Made by a program: the position numbers and the translations under genes | The notes under the pieces: generated by a model | Told to the model about the DNA's origin: nothing | Databases searched by the model: none | The model's input: the letters and a program-made list of their open reading frames with translations, nothing else | Shown: piece by piece, positions 31,160 through 41,282 of the stretch | How the letters are laid out: each line of letters opens with the position of its first letter | Numbering within the stretch: position 1 is the stretch's first letter | NCBI GenBank assembly: GCA_963771075.1 | Contig: CAVYSE010000024.1 | Location: 115,867 to 179,866, forward strand | Length of the DNA stretch: 64,000 nt | Direction of reading: 5' to 3' | DNA from: a candidate division FCPU426 bacterium | GTDB lineage: Bacteria > Oederibacteriota > Muellerivitia > Muellerivitales > Muellerivitaceae

Positions 31160-31164
31160 GACTA

Positions 31165-31231
31165 GCCGATTCCCCTATGGAATCGGCACAACCAAGTCAC
31201 ACCCCTCGGCTTGAAGCCTCGGTGTAGGTGG
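31165..31231 (-). repeat. Two-hairpin repeat
   Basis: gccgattcc/ggaatcggc-aca-ACCAA...acccc-TC-ggc-ttgaa-gcc-TC-ggtgt-AGGTGG. Confidence 0.85.
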
Positions 31232-31473
31232 GCTGTAGATATGGCTCATCTTCATTTCAGCGACGATGAACTTTTCCCCCATGCTCCTTTTAAAACAACC
31301 GGCAAAGGGCATGGGGACGTCCCTTTCTTCTGTGTTCCTATTTCAATTGGAGAGAAAGGGGTAAGGCGGGTGAAATCCATAGGTTCATTATAGATAAGGG
31401 ATAGATAAACACTTAAAATCAATAAAATAAGCCATATTTACATATATTTCACCATAATATATAATTTCAACAA

Positions 31474-32571
31474 ATGATGAAACTAATAGAACCAATGAAA
31501 AATTATGAAGATATGCTTAAAAATGCTGAGATCGTGATAAACCAGCGTTTTAAAGGCATTTTCAAGGCAACCATGTTTCTTCACAAACCTGAGCCAAACA
31601 CTTTGGGCCCGGATTTGATTCTTCGTGTCGTGAAAAGCAATAACGCATTTAAAAACATCCTGTTTGAAGTGAAAGCCAACGGCCAGCCCAGGGAAGCACG
31701 GCAAGTCATAAACCAAATCCAAAAATACATTCATCAGGGTTATGAGAATCCCTATGGGGTCATGATCGCCCCTTATATCTCCGACCAGACGGCCGAGATA
31801 TGCCGGGAGGCGGGCATCGGCATTCTGGATTTCGCGGGGAATTGCAGGCTCGCTTTTGACGATGTTTTTATTGAGACGAAAGGGGCTTCCAACCCTTTCG
31901 CGAAAGGCCGGAATTTACTCACGCTTTATTATCCAAAATCCACCCGTATCCTCAGGGTCCTTTTAAATAACGCTCAAAAAAACTGGAAGATGCAGGATCT
32001 TGCCCGCGAGGCGAACGTAAGCTTGGGCCAGGTTTCAAACGTAAAAAATCTATTGGATTCCCGCGAGTGGGTATCCGTGACCAAAGAAGGTTTGCGATTG
32101 GCCCGGCCGAAAGAACTTTTAGAGGAATGGGCCGGCCGATATGAGTTCAATGAAGTGAATCATTTCGAGCGTTTTTACACCCTTCAATCCTTCGAGGAAT
32201 CAATGAAGAAATTGTCGGGAAATGAATTGGGATCGCGGATTCTCAACTATTCGAACAGGTTCGCGTTGACGGGTTTTTCAGGATCGAATCTGTTGTTCCC
32301 CTATATCCGCAGCAAAACGATCAGTCTTTATGTGGATGATGTCGATTTTTGGGTACCTCGTTTAGGACTCAAACGGGTTGAAAGCGGGGAGAATGTCTTT
32401 TTGATTAGGCCTTATGACGAAGGCGTTTTCTACGGGGCCAAAAATGAAAAGGGCGTCCCCGTGGTATCGACGATCCAGTTGTACCTGGATTTGAAAACAT
32501 CCGGAGGGCGAGGGGAAGACGCGGCGGAAACTTTATTAAAGGAAGTCATCGAAAAACAATGGCAACTATAG
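31474..32571 (+). CDS. Type IV TA AbiEi-like antitoxin/regulator
   Basis: APYIS, D.AGNC, LA.EA.VSLG HTH, VS.IQLYLDL...GRGEDAA. Confidence 0.8.
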   Translation: MMKLIEPMKNYEDMLKNAEIVINQRFKGIFKATMFLHKPEPNTLGPDLILRVVKSNNAFKNILFEVKANGQPREARQVINQIQKYIHQGYENPYGVMIAPYISDQTAEICREAGIGILDFAGNCRLAFDDVFIETKGASNPFAKGRNLLTLYYPKSTRILRVLLNNAQKNWKMQDLAREANVSLGQVSNVKNLLDSREWVSVTKEGLRLARPKELLEEWAGRYEFNEVNHFERFYTLQSFEESMKKLSGNELGSRILNYSNRFALTGFSGSNLLFPYIRSKTISLYVDDVDFWVPRLGLKRVESGENVFLIRPYDEGVFYGAKNEKGVPVVSTIQLYLDLKTSGGRGEDAAETLLKEVIEKQWQL

Positions 32572-33377
32572 ATGATTATTCACAAGACGCGGTTGAGGCG
32601 GCACGGTCTGTATTGATTGAGTGCGGCCATTTATTGGGAGAATACCGGGAAAGCGTCGTTTTAGTGGGAGGCTGGGTACCCGCATTCATCCTGCCGGGCG
32701 CCCAAGAAGACCATATCGGCAGTACCGATGTTGATTTGGCGTTGGACCACCGCAGCCTCCAAGACGCGGGCTATCAAAAGATCGAGAAACTTCTCTTAGG
32801 CGCGGGATATGCAAAGACCGACCAGCCTTTCAGGTTCTTAAAGACGGTGAAAGGGATGCCGGTTTATGTTGATCTTCTCGCGGGCGAATATTCGGGCACG
32901 GGAAAGAAGAAACGACATCAGCAAATCCAGGATTTAAAAGCCCGGAAGGCGCGTGGATGTGATTTGGCGTTTAAAAATCCGGTTGAAATCAGGATCGATG
33001 GAACCCTTCCATCGGGAGACCTGGATTCGGTGCGAATACGGGTGGCTTCCGTTGTGAGTTTTATCGTCATGAAAGGGATGGCGTTGGCCGGCCGCATGAA
33101 GCCTAAGGATTCATACGACATTTATTTTTGCGTGACCCAATATCCAGGCGGGTTCACTGGCCTCGCCGCCGAATTTAAAGAACTGGCGAAGCATCCGCTG
33201 GTCCTAGAGGCGTTGGGGAACATACGGGACAAATTTTCAACGGATCGACATGTTGGCCCCATCCAAGTATCCCAATCCTATGACGCGGGTGACGAAGAAA
33301 TGGAAAGAATTAGGCGTGATGCCTTTGAAAAGATTAACGCGTTTCTGGATTTGGTTGATGGAATGAAGCTGGATTGA
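32559..33377 (+). CDS. AbiEii-like nucleotidyltransferase
   Basis: VLVGGW, S.DVD, MKG.A...R.K.KD.YDI. Confidence 0.8.
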   Translation: MATIDDYSQDAVEAARSVLIECGHLLGEYRESVVLVGGWVPAFILPGAQEDHIGSTDVDLALDHRSLQDAGYQKIEKLLLGAGYAKTDQPFRFLKTVKGMPVYVDLLAGEYSGTGKKKRHQQIQDLKARKARGCDLAFKNPVEIRIDGTLPSGDLDSVRIRVASVVSFIVMKGMALAGRMKPKDSYDIYFCVTQYPGGFTGLAAEFKELAKHPLVLEALGNIRDKFSTDRHVGPIQVSQSYDAGDEEMERIRRDAFEKINAFLDLVDGMKLD

Positions 33378-33415
33378 TCGGGAAACAATCACTTCCGAGG
33401 GTAAAGGGGGTAACC

Positions 33416-33601
33416 ATGCCGAAAACAAAAGTAAAGGCGGATATCTACAAAATCCTCTCGCGGGCCGTAGGGGAGGGAATCACTTACGGCTGGAACCGGG
33501 CCCACAAGCATACGGACAATCCCAACGAAGAAACGATCAAGGATGAGATTGAAAGAGCCGTCATGAACGAGATATGTGAGGTCATCAAGACCGACTCATA
33601 G
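33416..33601 (+). CDS. Small hypothetical protein (paralog of 35347)
   Basis: RAV.EGI.YGWNRAHKHTDNP. Confidence 0.7.
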   Translation: MPKTKVKADIYKILSRAVGEGITYGWNRAHKHTDNPNEETIKDEIERAVMNEICEVIKTDS

Positions 33602-33806
33602 GAACCCCCGCAAGGTGGGGAACATCCGCATCTTGCCCTGGGCGGTCTTTTTAGAAGAGCTCTGGTCGGGGAAGTTGATGAAGTGAGTGTGTTGAACTCT
33701 TTGCGAAGGGGCCAATCCCCCTTGGAAAGATCATAATCCGGTGGACCTGTAACCTTTTTGGGTGGGCGGGAGTAAATCCCATCATCAAATCCTGATAGGG
33801 AGTTCC

Positions 33807-34454
33807 ATGAAAAAAAGCGCGGTTTTGAGCCTCGGCGTCATTTGCTTTTTCCTATTGGGTACAAGGGGGTCTCTCATGGCGGAATCAACGGCCAACCAGG
33901 TGGCGGACAAGGCGGCAGACGTGCGTCCCCTCCAGGTGGGGGCCGTGATCCCGGACGGTGCGCTTCTTTCCCTCGGGGGAGGGAAGGTGGAATTCAAGAA
34001 ACTGGCCGAACAAAAACCATCCGTGGTGATCTTTTATCGGGGCGGATGGTGCCCCTATTGCAACCTCCAGATGGGGCAGTTGGTCAAGATCGAGCCCCAA
34101 CTCGCGCTCATGGGATACCAGGTGCTGGCCATCAGCCCCGACCAGCCGTCGAAACTGAAGGAAAGCCTGGACAAGCACCGGATCAATTACACCCTGCTTT
34201 CGGATAGTTCACTCGAGCTCGCCCGGAAATTCGGGTTGGCCTACCAGGTAAGCCCGGAGATCCTGGGCAAGATGAAAAGCTTCGGGGTGGACCTGGATGG
34301 GGCCACCGGCAACCACCTCCATCAGCTGCCCGTACCCGCGGCTTATGTGGTGGACCGGAATGGGGTCATTCGTTTCGCGTATTTCAACCCGGACATCAAG
34401 GTGCGTGTGAACCCGGACGAATTATTGAAGGCGGCCAAGGAAGCCATCCGGTGA
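33807..34454 (+). CDS. AhpC/TSA peroxiredoxin-like protein
   Basis: FYRGGWCPYCN, LPVPA. Confidence 0.92.
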   Translation: MKKSAVLSLGVICFFLLGTRGSLMAESTANQVADKAADVRPLQVGAVIPDGALLSLGGGKVEFKKLAEQKPSVVIFYRGGWCPYCNLQMGQLVKIEPQLALMGYQVLAISPDQPSKLKESLDKHRINYTLLSDSSLELARKFGLAYQVSPEILGKMKSFGVDLDGATGNHLHQLPVPAAYVVDRNGVIRFAYFNPDIKVRVNPDELLKAAKEAIR

Positions 34455-34542
34455 AACCAGTCGACAGCAAAACACCAGTCAACAGTCGACAGCCCTTCGG
34501 CGGTGCTCAGGGCAGGCCGGCACGGAAACTCTAAACAGTTCT

Positions 34543-34923
34543 TGCTGCCAATTAGCCGTCGTGCCCCGACGTTTAATTGGCAACAAGAAATACACCCTTC
34601 AAAAGACCCTTTAAAACGATGGTCGCCCGGCGACTGTTAAAAATAAGGGTTTTCGCATGGATGGTTATGGGACCAATACCACCACAAAAACAGGGGTTTT
34701 AATTAGCGGCTACGCCGCTAATTAAAATAAGGGAATTTGGCACCTTCTGAGAAAGGCCTGGGCTTGCTGCCGATTTTGAGAATCAGTTCGAAGTCGGCAG
34801 TCCACAGTCGGCAGGGAAGACCAAAAAGCCAGCTGACAGCCCGTAGTTCGCAGCCGACAAGGACAGGCTAAACAGACCTCGTTGCCAATTTTGTTCCCAG
34901 TAGGGATTTAATTGGCAACAAGA
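34543..34923. repeat. Second copy of composite repeat block
   Basis: Matches 27172-27554. Confidence 0.85.
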
Positions 34924-34946
34924 ATCACTCCACATCTAAAACAAGG

Positions 34947-35332
34947 TGCGATAAGGACTGGGTGATGCTTTACGCGTGTTTTCAAATCCTGGTGGACTTC
35001 ATCGAGAAGGAAAAACCACAGAAGATCGTGGATTACGATCACGACGCATACCATCGGAAACAATGGAAAGAGCTACAGATCCTCGATAAATATTGGAAGG
35101 TGGATCGGCCCCGGTTGCAAAAGGAAGAAGAAAAGGCGCTTAAAAAAAATGGGCCAAGACCTATAAGGATACCTGGGTGCCCGAACCTGATGGCAGGTCC
35201 TCGCTGCATGTTGTGTTGCATGAGGATAAAAGAGCCGGCGCCTATCATCGGAAACTTGAGGACAAGATCCGCACCATGGACGATAAAATGCTTCATCGCC
35301 TTATCGACATAAGGCACCCTTTGTGGTGCTGA
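34947..35332 (+). pseudogene. Hypothetical gene, 5'-truncated and frameshifted in an A run near 35142
   Basis: MLYACFQILVDFIEKE...ALKK continues in another frame to MLHRLIDIRHPLWC*. Confidence 0.55.
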
Positions 35333-35346
35333 TTGGGAGGAAAACC

Positions 35347-35532
35347 ATGCCGAAAGTTAAATTAAAGGCTGATATCTACAAGATCATATCGCGAGCCGTA
35401 GAGGGGGGAATTGCTTACGGCTGGAACCGCGCCCACAAACACACAGATAACCCTAATGAAGAATCAATCAAAGAAGAGATCGAAAAAGCCGTCATGAATG
35501 AGATTTGTGCCGTCATCAAAATAGACTCATAG
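35347..35532 (+). CDS. Small hypothetical protein (paralog of 33416)
   Basis: Highly similar 61-aa translation. Confidence 0.7.
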   Translation: MPKVKLKADIYKIISRAVEGGIAYGWNRAHKHTDNPNEESIKEEIEKAVMNEICAVIKIDS

Positions 35533-35635
35533 GCCCCCTGCAAAAGAACCTCTCTTCTAAAAACATCAATAAATCATAATATTGATGCTATAATATATCA
35601 TCAAATAGTAGCTAATAATGATGATGGGGGCAGAT

Positions 35636-35869
35636 GTGCGAACAACCATTACGGTCGAGGATGGGGTGATGGAAAAGCTGATGAAATACACCAAATCCAA
35701 GACACAAACGGAAGCGGTGAACCGCGCCTTGGCGGACTGGGTTCAAAACCAGAAGCTGGAGAAATTAAGATCGCTGCGGGGAAAGCTTTCTATCGATGAT
35801 AACTGGGAATCGTTGCGCGCGTTGGAAATTCAAGAAAACAAGGCGACCTATGGCAAGCGTTCTCGTTGA
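35636..35869 (+). CDS. vapB: VapB-type antitoxin
   Basis: MRTTI...TEAVN.AL...L..LRGK; upstream of PIN gene. Confidence 0.85.
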   Translation: MRTTITVEDGVMEKLMKYTKSKTQTEAVNRALADWVQNQKLEKLRSLRGKLSIDDNWESLRALEIQENKATYGKRSR

Positions 35870-36356
35870 TACTTCGGTATGGGTGGACTATTTCCGCAAG
35901 GGTGAAAGCCCGGCCGCTCTCCTGCTGGACCTGCTGATAAAAGAAAAAATGGCGGTTCTTTGCGGGATCGTGGAATTAGAACTTCTTCAAGGCGTGCGGC
36001 CCTCTGAAAAAGAGCCCCTGCAAGAGCTTTTGACCGCCCTCCCCTATGTTGAAACCGAAAGAACCGATTTTCAAAAGGCCGGGGACTTGTTGCGCGAATT
36101 AAAGGCCAAGGGTGTCCAGATCCCCGCGACGGATGGGATGATTGCCGCCCTTTGCGTACGCCACAGACTCTCGCTGCTCACTTTAGACAAGCATTTCGAC
36201 CATTTTCCCGACGTTAAAAAGATAAATATCGATGACCATCATTGGAAAGCCATGCAGGAAGAGGCCGCGCCCTACGCCCTCGCCAAAGGCGTGAGGACTG
36301 AGCAGGATGTGGAAAAACTGATTCGGAAGAACCGAAACCCTAAGCGCCCTTCATAG
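35850..36356 (+). CDS. vapC: VapC PIN toxin with C-terminal extension
   Basis: LVDTSVW, ELLQG, D..IAA, T.DKHF. Confidence 0.9.
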   Translation: MASVLVDTSVWVDYFRKGESPAALLLDLLIKEKMAVLCGIVELELLQGVRPSEKEPLQELLTALPYVETERTDFQKAGDLLRELKAKGVQIPATDGMIAALCVRHRLSLLTLDKHFDHFPDVKKINIDDHHWKAMQEEAAPYALAKGVRTEQDVEKLIRKNRNPKRPS

Positions 36357-36424
36357 ACAGCCATTAACCTTTAGCTCTTAGCTTTTAGCCGAAATTAAGC
36401 CACCCATTAATAAAATGACTCAGG

Positions 36425-37126
36425 ATGGAAATGCCCGAACAGATTCTTCTCCAAGATTTAAAGATCGAAGTAACCCTGAAGAACATCCGGAACATGCACT
36501 TGCGGGTATACCCGCCGGACGGGCAGGTGCGGGTCACGGCCCCCATCCGCATGGACCCCGAAAAGATCCGCAAGTTCGCCCTGTCCAAGCTCGAATGGAT
36601 CAAGCGCCAGCAAAAACGCATCCGGGAAGGGGGCTGGGCGGCCCCGCCGGAATACAAGGAAGGCGAGAGCCATTTCGTTTGGGGGAAGGCCTATCCGCTG
36701 CAGGTGGGGGAGGGCGGGGGGCGGAACCGGGTGGAATTACGGGATGACCGGCTGGTCCTGCGGGTTCGAAAGGGCGCGGGAGCGCGCAAGAAAAAGGCCC
36801 TGGTCGCCGGGTGGCACAAGGAACTGGTGAAGACTGCCGTGCCTCCCCTGGTCGCCAAGTGGGAACCTCGGGTGGGGGTTCAAGTGAAGGGCGTCTCCGT
36901 GCGGCACATGAAAACCCGATGGGGAAGCTGCCACACCCAAAAAGGCACGATCCGCTTGAACGCCGGCCTGGCCCAAAAGCCCTTCGACTGCCTGGAATAC
37001 GTGGTGGTGCACGAAATGGTTCACCTGCTGGAACCCTCCCATAACGCCCGCTTCAAGGCCCTGATGGGGAAGTTCATGCCGCAATGGAAGAACTTTAGGA
37101 AGCAGCTAAAAGCAGTTGGCAGGTGA
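36425..37126 (+). CDS. M48/YgjP-like (DUF45) metallopeptidase
   Basis: MKTRWGSC, YVVVHEMVHL...H..RF. Confidence 0.92.
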   Translation: MEMPEQILLQDLKIEVTLKNIRNMHLRVYPPDGQVRVTAPIRMDPEKIRKFALSKLEWIKRQQKRIREGGWAAPPEYKEGESHFVWGKAYPLQVGEGGGRNRVELRDDRLVLRVRKGAGARKKKALVAGWHKELVKTAVPPLVAKWEPRVGVQVKGVSVRHMKTRWGSCHTQKGTIRLNAGLAQKPFDCLEYVVVHEMVHLLEPSHNARFKALMGKFMPQWKNFRKQLKAVGR

Positions 37127-37285
37127 CAGTCGACGGTCGACAGGAACAACCACTAAAGACTGTCCACAGTCGACAGTCCACAGTCGACAGTCCGCAGTTG
37201 GCAGGGAAACAAAAACAAACAACCCGAAGTCGACGGTCGACTAATGTTTTGCTGTCGACTGTGGACTGCCGACTGTCGACTGCTT
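37124..37285. repeat. Heptamer (CAGTCSA) tandem repeats in inverted arrangement
   Basis: CAGTCGACAGTCCACAGTCGACAG ... CTGTCGACTGTGGACTGCCGACTGTCGACTG; relatives at ~16020, 16868, 26455, 27415, 29586, 30787, 34458, 34785. Confidence 0.8.
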
Positions 37286-37287
37286 TT

Positions 37288-38157
37288 CTAGAAACTCATT
37301 TCCACCGACAGTCCCCCGTCCACGCCCGAGTAGTCCAAGTTGGCGTAGCGGAACTCGCCGGGGATGGAATCAATGGCCCCGTTGGGCACCGGCACAATCT
37401 CGTTGTAGCCCGCGCCCGTGTTAAAGACCGCCAGCGAATAGGGGCCTTTCGTTTTCAGGTCCTCGTAATAGCCGGAAAGATCCGAAGCCTGGATCCTCGA
37501 AAAATTCACGTAACGCCCCCGCACGAACAGGTCCAGGCCGAAGGTGGGGCTGATTTGCACCTGTTCGCAAAGGCCCACCGTGCCGCCGGCCGTATCCCCC
37601 GTCAAGGCGCCGTTGATGGCGACCCCCTGCTGGGCGGGGTTGGAATAGGTCACGTTGTCAGAGTAGTCCACGATGGCGTGGTAGTAGCCCGCTCCCAGGG
37701 AAAGGGTGGTGCGGTTTCCGGGGCCCTGGAGGATGTCGAAGGAGTATTCGAGGGACAGGTCCGCCAGGTTGGGGCCGATCAACTGGTAGGAATCGCTGGT
37801 GGCGCTGTGTTGGGCGAAGGTATCCGCCTGGGAGGAAATCACCTCGAAGTGCAGGGAAAGTTCGCTGGAATCATCCAGCCTCCTGCCCCAGGCCGCCCCC
37901 AGCAGGATGCCGCTGTTGTCGGTACTGACCCCCACGGTGGAACCCAGGCTTTGGTAATAGGCCCCCATGGATTTGACGCTCGTGAGGATGTCCCCAAACA
38001 TGGAATAGTCGTATCCCCCGTAGAGGCTGAAGGAATCGTTTCCACTTGAAAAGAGGTCGGCGGAATAGCCTTTATCCAACGCGGGCTTGGCGGACGCCAG
38101 CGCCGGCAGGATCAGAAACCAAAGGGCCCAGGCGAAAAACAGCGGATGCTTTATCAT
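37288..38157 (-). CDS. Probable outer-membrane beta-barrel protein
   Basis: Signal peptide, amphipathic strands, terminal Phe. Confidence 0.65.
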   Translation of the reverse strand: MIKHPLFFAWALWFLILPALASAKPALDKGYSADLFSSGNDSFSLYGGYDYSMFGDILTSVKSMGAYYQSLGSTVGVSTDNSGILLGAAWGRRLDDSSELSLHFEVISSQADTFAQHSATSDSYQLIGPNLADLSLEYSFDILQGPGNRTTLSLGAGYYHAIVDYSDNVTYSNPAQQGVAINGALTGDTAGGTVGLCEQVQISPTFGLDLFVRGRYVNFSRIQASDLSGYYEDLKTKGPYSLAVFNTGAGYNEIVPVPNGAIDSIPGEFRYANLDYSGVDGGLSVEMSF

Positions 38158-38258
38158 TATTTAGCTCCCCTAAAAATGATGAATGACCGGCTCTTCTAAA
38201 TAGCGGAAAAGGGAGCGAAAAAGAAAGGGGGTGGGGAAATAAACCAGTCCGAAGTTGG

Positions 38259-38590
38259 CCCCTATTGCCATAGCAATAGGGATTACCAAATCACACCACT
38301 CGGCTTGTGGCCTCGTGGTAGGTGGCCCCTATTGCCATAGCAATAGGGATTACCAAATCACACCACTACCAACTGCCATTGGCAGTTGGTACAACCAAAT
38401 CCCAGCCCTCACCTGGTTGGTTCGGGACAGGTGTCGGCTTGTCCCAATCGTTTGTACCGATTGGGATCACCAAGTCTACCTCTCACCTTGAAGGTTCGAG
38501 GAAGGTATTGGCTCGGGACAGTTGGCCCCTATTGCCATAGCAATAGGGATTACCAAACCTCGTTGTTCGCCTTGTAGGCTCACAACAGGT
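38259..38590 (-). repeat. Heterogeneous tandem array of about five two-hairpin repeats
   Basis: Units at 38259, 38326 (cut), 38367, 38442 (nested), 38526. Confidence 0.9.
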
Positions 38591-38846
38591 TACAGTCCAC
38601 AGGGAAACTACTAGAACCAGCCGACAGGGAAGGCTCAAAAGCATTACCCGGATCAGCGCCCAAAATCTTGAAGCCCAGATCGACGGGGTAGCGGCCAAAA
38701 GGTTCGGTCGGCCTTCATTAAATCCAAATAAAATGATTGGGGCAGTCTTGAATACGCCATCATCAGCCAATATAGTTTCGCTCAATCGAAATCGACCCTG
38801 GCCTTAAGGGTTCCTTTTCGAGAATCTTTCGAACCACTAGGGCCGT

Positions 38847-39404
38847 ATGAAAATACGACATGGGCTTCTTCTCCTGATCCTCCTTTCCGGCGGTCCGTTG
38901 CGGGCGGAGCCCGCCGCGTCCCCCACCCCTTCCCCCCGGACCTTCTATTTGGAGCTGGGCGAGGGCATGGACCTGCCCGTGAACGGCTGGCAAAGCGCCT
39001 ATTCCCTCGCTCCTGATTTCAAGTTCGCCGCGGGTTATGCCCTGGACCCCCATTGGGCGATCCAACTGGACCTGTCCACCGCCCTTTTCTTCGGGATTAA
39101 CGCCACGGGGCGGATCAGCGACCAGGAAGTCCTGGTCCTCCCCATGATCCGTTATCAATTCGAGGGTGATCCCTTCCGGCCCTATCTCTTGGCGGGCTTC
39201 GGCGGGGAATTCGAGCTTCTTTCGAGCCCGCCTTCCGGCGCGACCGTTGCCGATTTCGACGGGGCGCTCGGCGCGGGCGTTGAGACGACCCTGTATCGGG
39301 GGTTCTCCCTTTTCGTGGAAGGAAAATATAACTGGATCTTTTCCTCCAAGGTGGCCGGCCAAGACCTGCCGCTGTGGGTGGGCGTTCACGGGGATATGGA
39401 TTAA
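38847..39404 (+). CDS. Small outer-membrane beta-barrel protein
   Basis: Signal peptide, RPYL.AG.G, GAGVE, FVEGKY. Confidence 0.75.
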   Translation: MKIRHGLLLLILLSGGPLRAEPAASPTPSPRTFYLELGEGMDLPVNGWQSAYSLAPDFKFAAGYALDPHWAIQLDLSTALFFGINATGRISDQEVLVLPMIRYQFEGDPFRPYLLAGFGGEFELLSSPPSGATVADFDGALGAGVETTLYRGFSLFVEGKYNWIFSSKVAGQDLPLWVGVHGDMD

Positions 39405-39416
39405 AGGAGACCGGAC

Positions 39417-40928
39417 ATGAAACGTGCGATCATCTTTCTGGCGCTGGGCCTTCTGCTCGTGTTCGGCTTCCAGGCCTGCAACAACACCAAAAATTATCCC
39501 GCCAGCCCCTTCACCTCCCTGGCCCTCACCCCCACGAACACGGTCCTTTTGACGCCCCCGACCGTCACCCTGACCCCCACGATCACGGCCAGCCGCACCC
39601 CCACGAACACGCCGACCATCACCCTGACCGCGACTTCGACCGCCACCCCGACTTCCACATCGACGCCCACCCTCACCCAAACCCCGTCCGTGACGCCGAC
39701 TTCCACGGCCACTTCCAGCCCGTCGATCACCCTGACCTTCACGATCACGAACACCGCGACCTTCACCTCGACGCCCACTATCACCCAAACCCCGACCGTG
39801 ACGCCGACCTCCACGGCCACTTCCAGCCCGTCGATCACCCTGACCTTCACCACCACGAACACCCCGCCCCTCACCTCGACCCCCACCGGGACGCCCACTT
39901 CCACCCAGACCCTCACCTTTACTCAATCCCTTACGCCCACCGATTCGGCCACTTTCACCCCAACTTCTTCCTCAACCGACACTTACACCGAAACCTTCAG
40001 CCCGACCCTGTCGAACACGCTTACGGTCACCCCCACTTTTACCCACACCACCACCCGAACGGGCACTCCCACCTCGAGCCCCACCCAAACCTCCACGGCC
40101 ACGGCGACTTCGACCGCCACCTTCCATTTCTTGAGCGGGGGTTCCTGGTCCAGCAATACGCCCTTCGGCCTGGCCTGCAACCGGGGAACCAGCGTGGTTT
40201 ATGTGGCCCAACCCGGTGATGTGGATGTGTTCAATTCGATCGCCAACTTCAGCTCGCCCGTCTCGACCTGGACCCAATATGGAGGCACGGCCTTCAACTT
40301 GATCCAGACGCAGGCGGTCAATCCGCTCAATGAGAATATCTATATCGTGGATGGCGGGGTGGGTGTGGTCTATCAAGTCACTTCCGGCGGGGCCGCGGTG
40401 AACAAATCCTCCACGGCCTTTAACGCGATCCAGGACGTGGAAACCGATTCCAGCGGCAACGCCTATGTGGTGGACCAGGGCGGCGCCACTCTCTATGAGC
40501 TCAATTCCAGCATGTCGGTCGTGAAAACCTGGACGGGCGCCGGCGCCACCGCCTTTTCAAGCCTCTACTCGGTGGCTTTGGACCCGTCGAACAACATCTA
40601 TGTTTGCGATAACGGGGCCGCCCCCGGCCACAACCACATCTGGGAAATGAACTACTCCGGGACCGTGCTTAATACCTGGAACACGCCGGTGGGGAACTTC
40701 ATCTACCAAATGTGCGTGGACGCGAGAGGGACCGTTTATGCCGTTGATCAGGGGGTGGTGGGGCTGGAAGAATATGTCCCGGGGACCGCGACGCCCGTGC
40801 ACACCTTTACCGGAACTGAAGGCGGGGGCACCGCCTTTTCGGCTCCGGACGGTGTGTGTTTTCTCCCCAACGGCAATCTCCTGGTCGCCGACTACGGCAC
40901 GAACCTTCTGCAGGAATATGTCCCCTGA
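39417..40928 (+). CDS. Thr/Pro-rich lipoprotein with NHL-repeat propeller
   Basis: Lipobox FQA-C, TPT linker, D.SGN.YV.D repeats. Confidence 0.85.
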   Translation: MKRAIIFLALGLLLVFGFQACNNTKNYPASPFTSLALTPTNTVLLTPPTVTLTPTITASRTPTNTPTITLTATSTATPTSTSTPTLTQTPSVTPTSTATSSPSITLTFTITNTATFTSTPTITQTPTVTPTSTATSSPSITLTFTTTNTPPLTSTPTGTPTSTQTLTFTQSLTPTDSATFTPTSSSTDTYTETFSPTLSNTLTVTPTFTHTTTRTGTPTSSPTQTSTATATSTATFHFLSGGSWSSNTPFGLACNRGTSVVYVAQPGDVDVFNSIANFSSPVSTWTQYGGTAFNLIQTQAVNPLNENIYIVDGGVGVVYQVTSGGAAVNKSSTAFNAIQDVETDSSGNAYVVDQGGATLYELNSSMSVVKTWTGAGATAFSSLYSVALDPSNNIYVCDNGAAPGHNHIWEMNYSGTVLNTWNTPVGNFIYQMCVDARGTVYAVDQGVVGLEEYVPGTATPVHTFTGTEGGGTAFSAPDGVCFLPNGNLLVADYGTNLLQEYVP

Positions 40929-41200
40929 TACGCGGCTTCCAGCCGCGTATCGCGCCTAGGGAGTGCCGATTCAAACAAGAATCGGCGCCCTGATCCGAGC
41001 CTTCAAGGCGAGGATCAAACCTAGGGAGTGCCGATTCAAACAAGAATCGGCGCCTTGATACGCGGCTACCGGCCGCGTATCGCGCCTAGGGAGTGCCGAT
41101 TCAAACAAGAATCGGCGCCCTGATCCGAGCCTTGTCCCAATCGTTGGTACCGATTGGGATCACCAAAAATTCCCCTCACCCTGAAGGTTCGGGGTAGGAG
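40927..41200 (+). repeat. 65-bp-period array of two-hairpin repeats; fourth unit interrupted by an inverted unit
   Basis: Starts at 40927, 40992, 41057, 41122; inverted unit 41134-41200. Confidence 0.9.
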
Positions 41201-41282
41201 ACAGTGAACCGACAGCCATTGGCTATTGGTTTTTTGCCACGACTGAAAACACCCTGTTGAAAACGCTTTACGGTTTAAAGGT

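Noticed and set aside
40927..41133. Mini CRISPR (constant ~36 nt plus variable ~29 nt)
   Set aside because: The variable parts are related hairpins that recur in alternation, not unique spacers.
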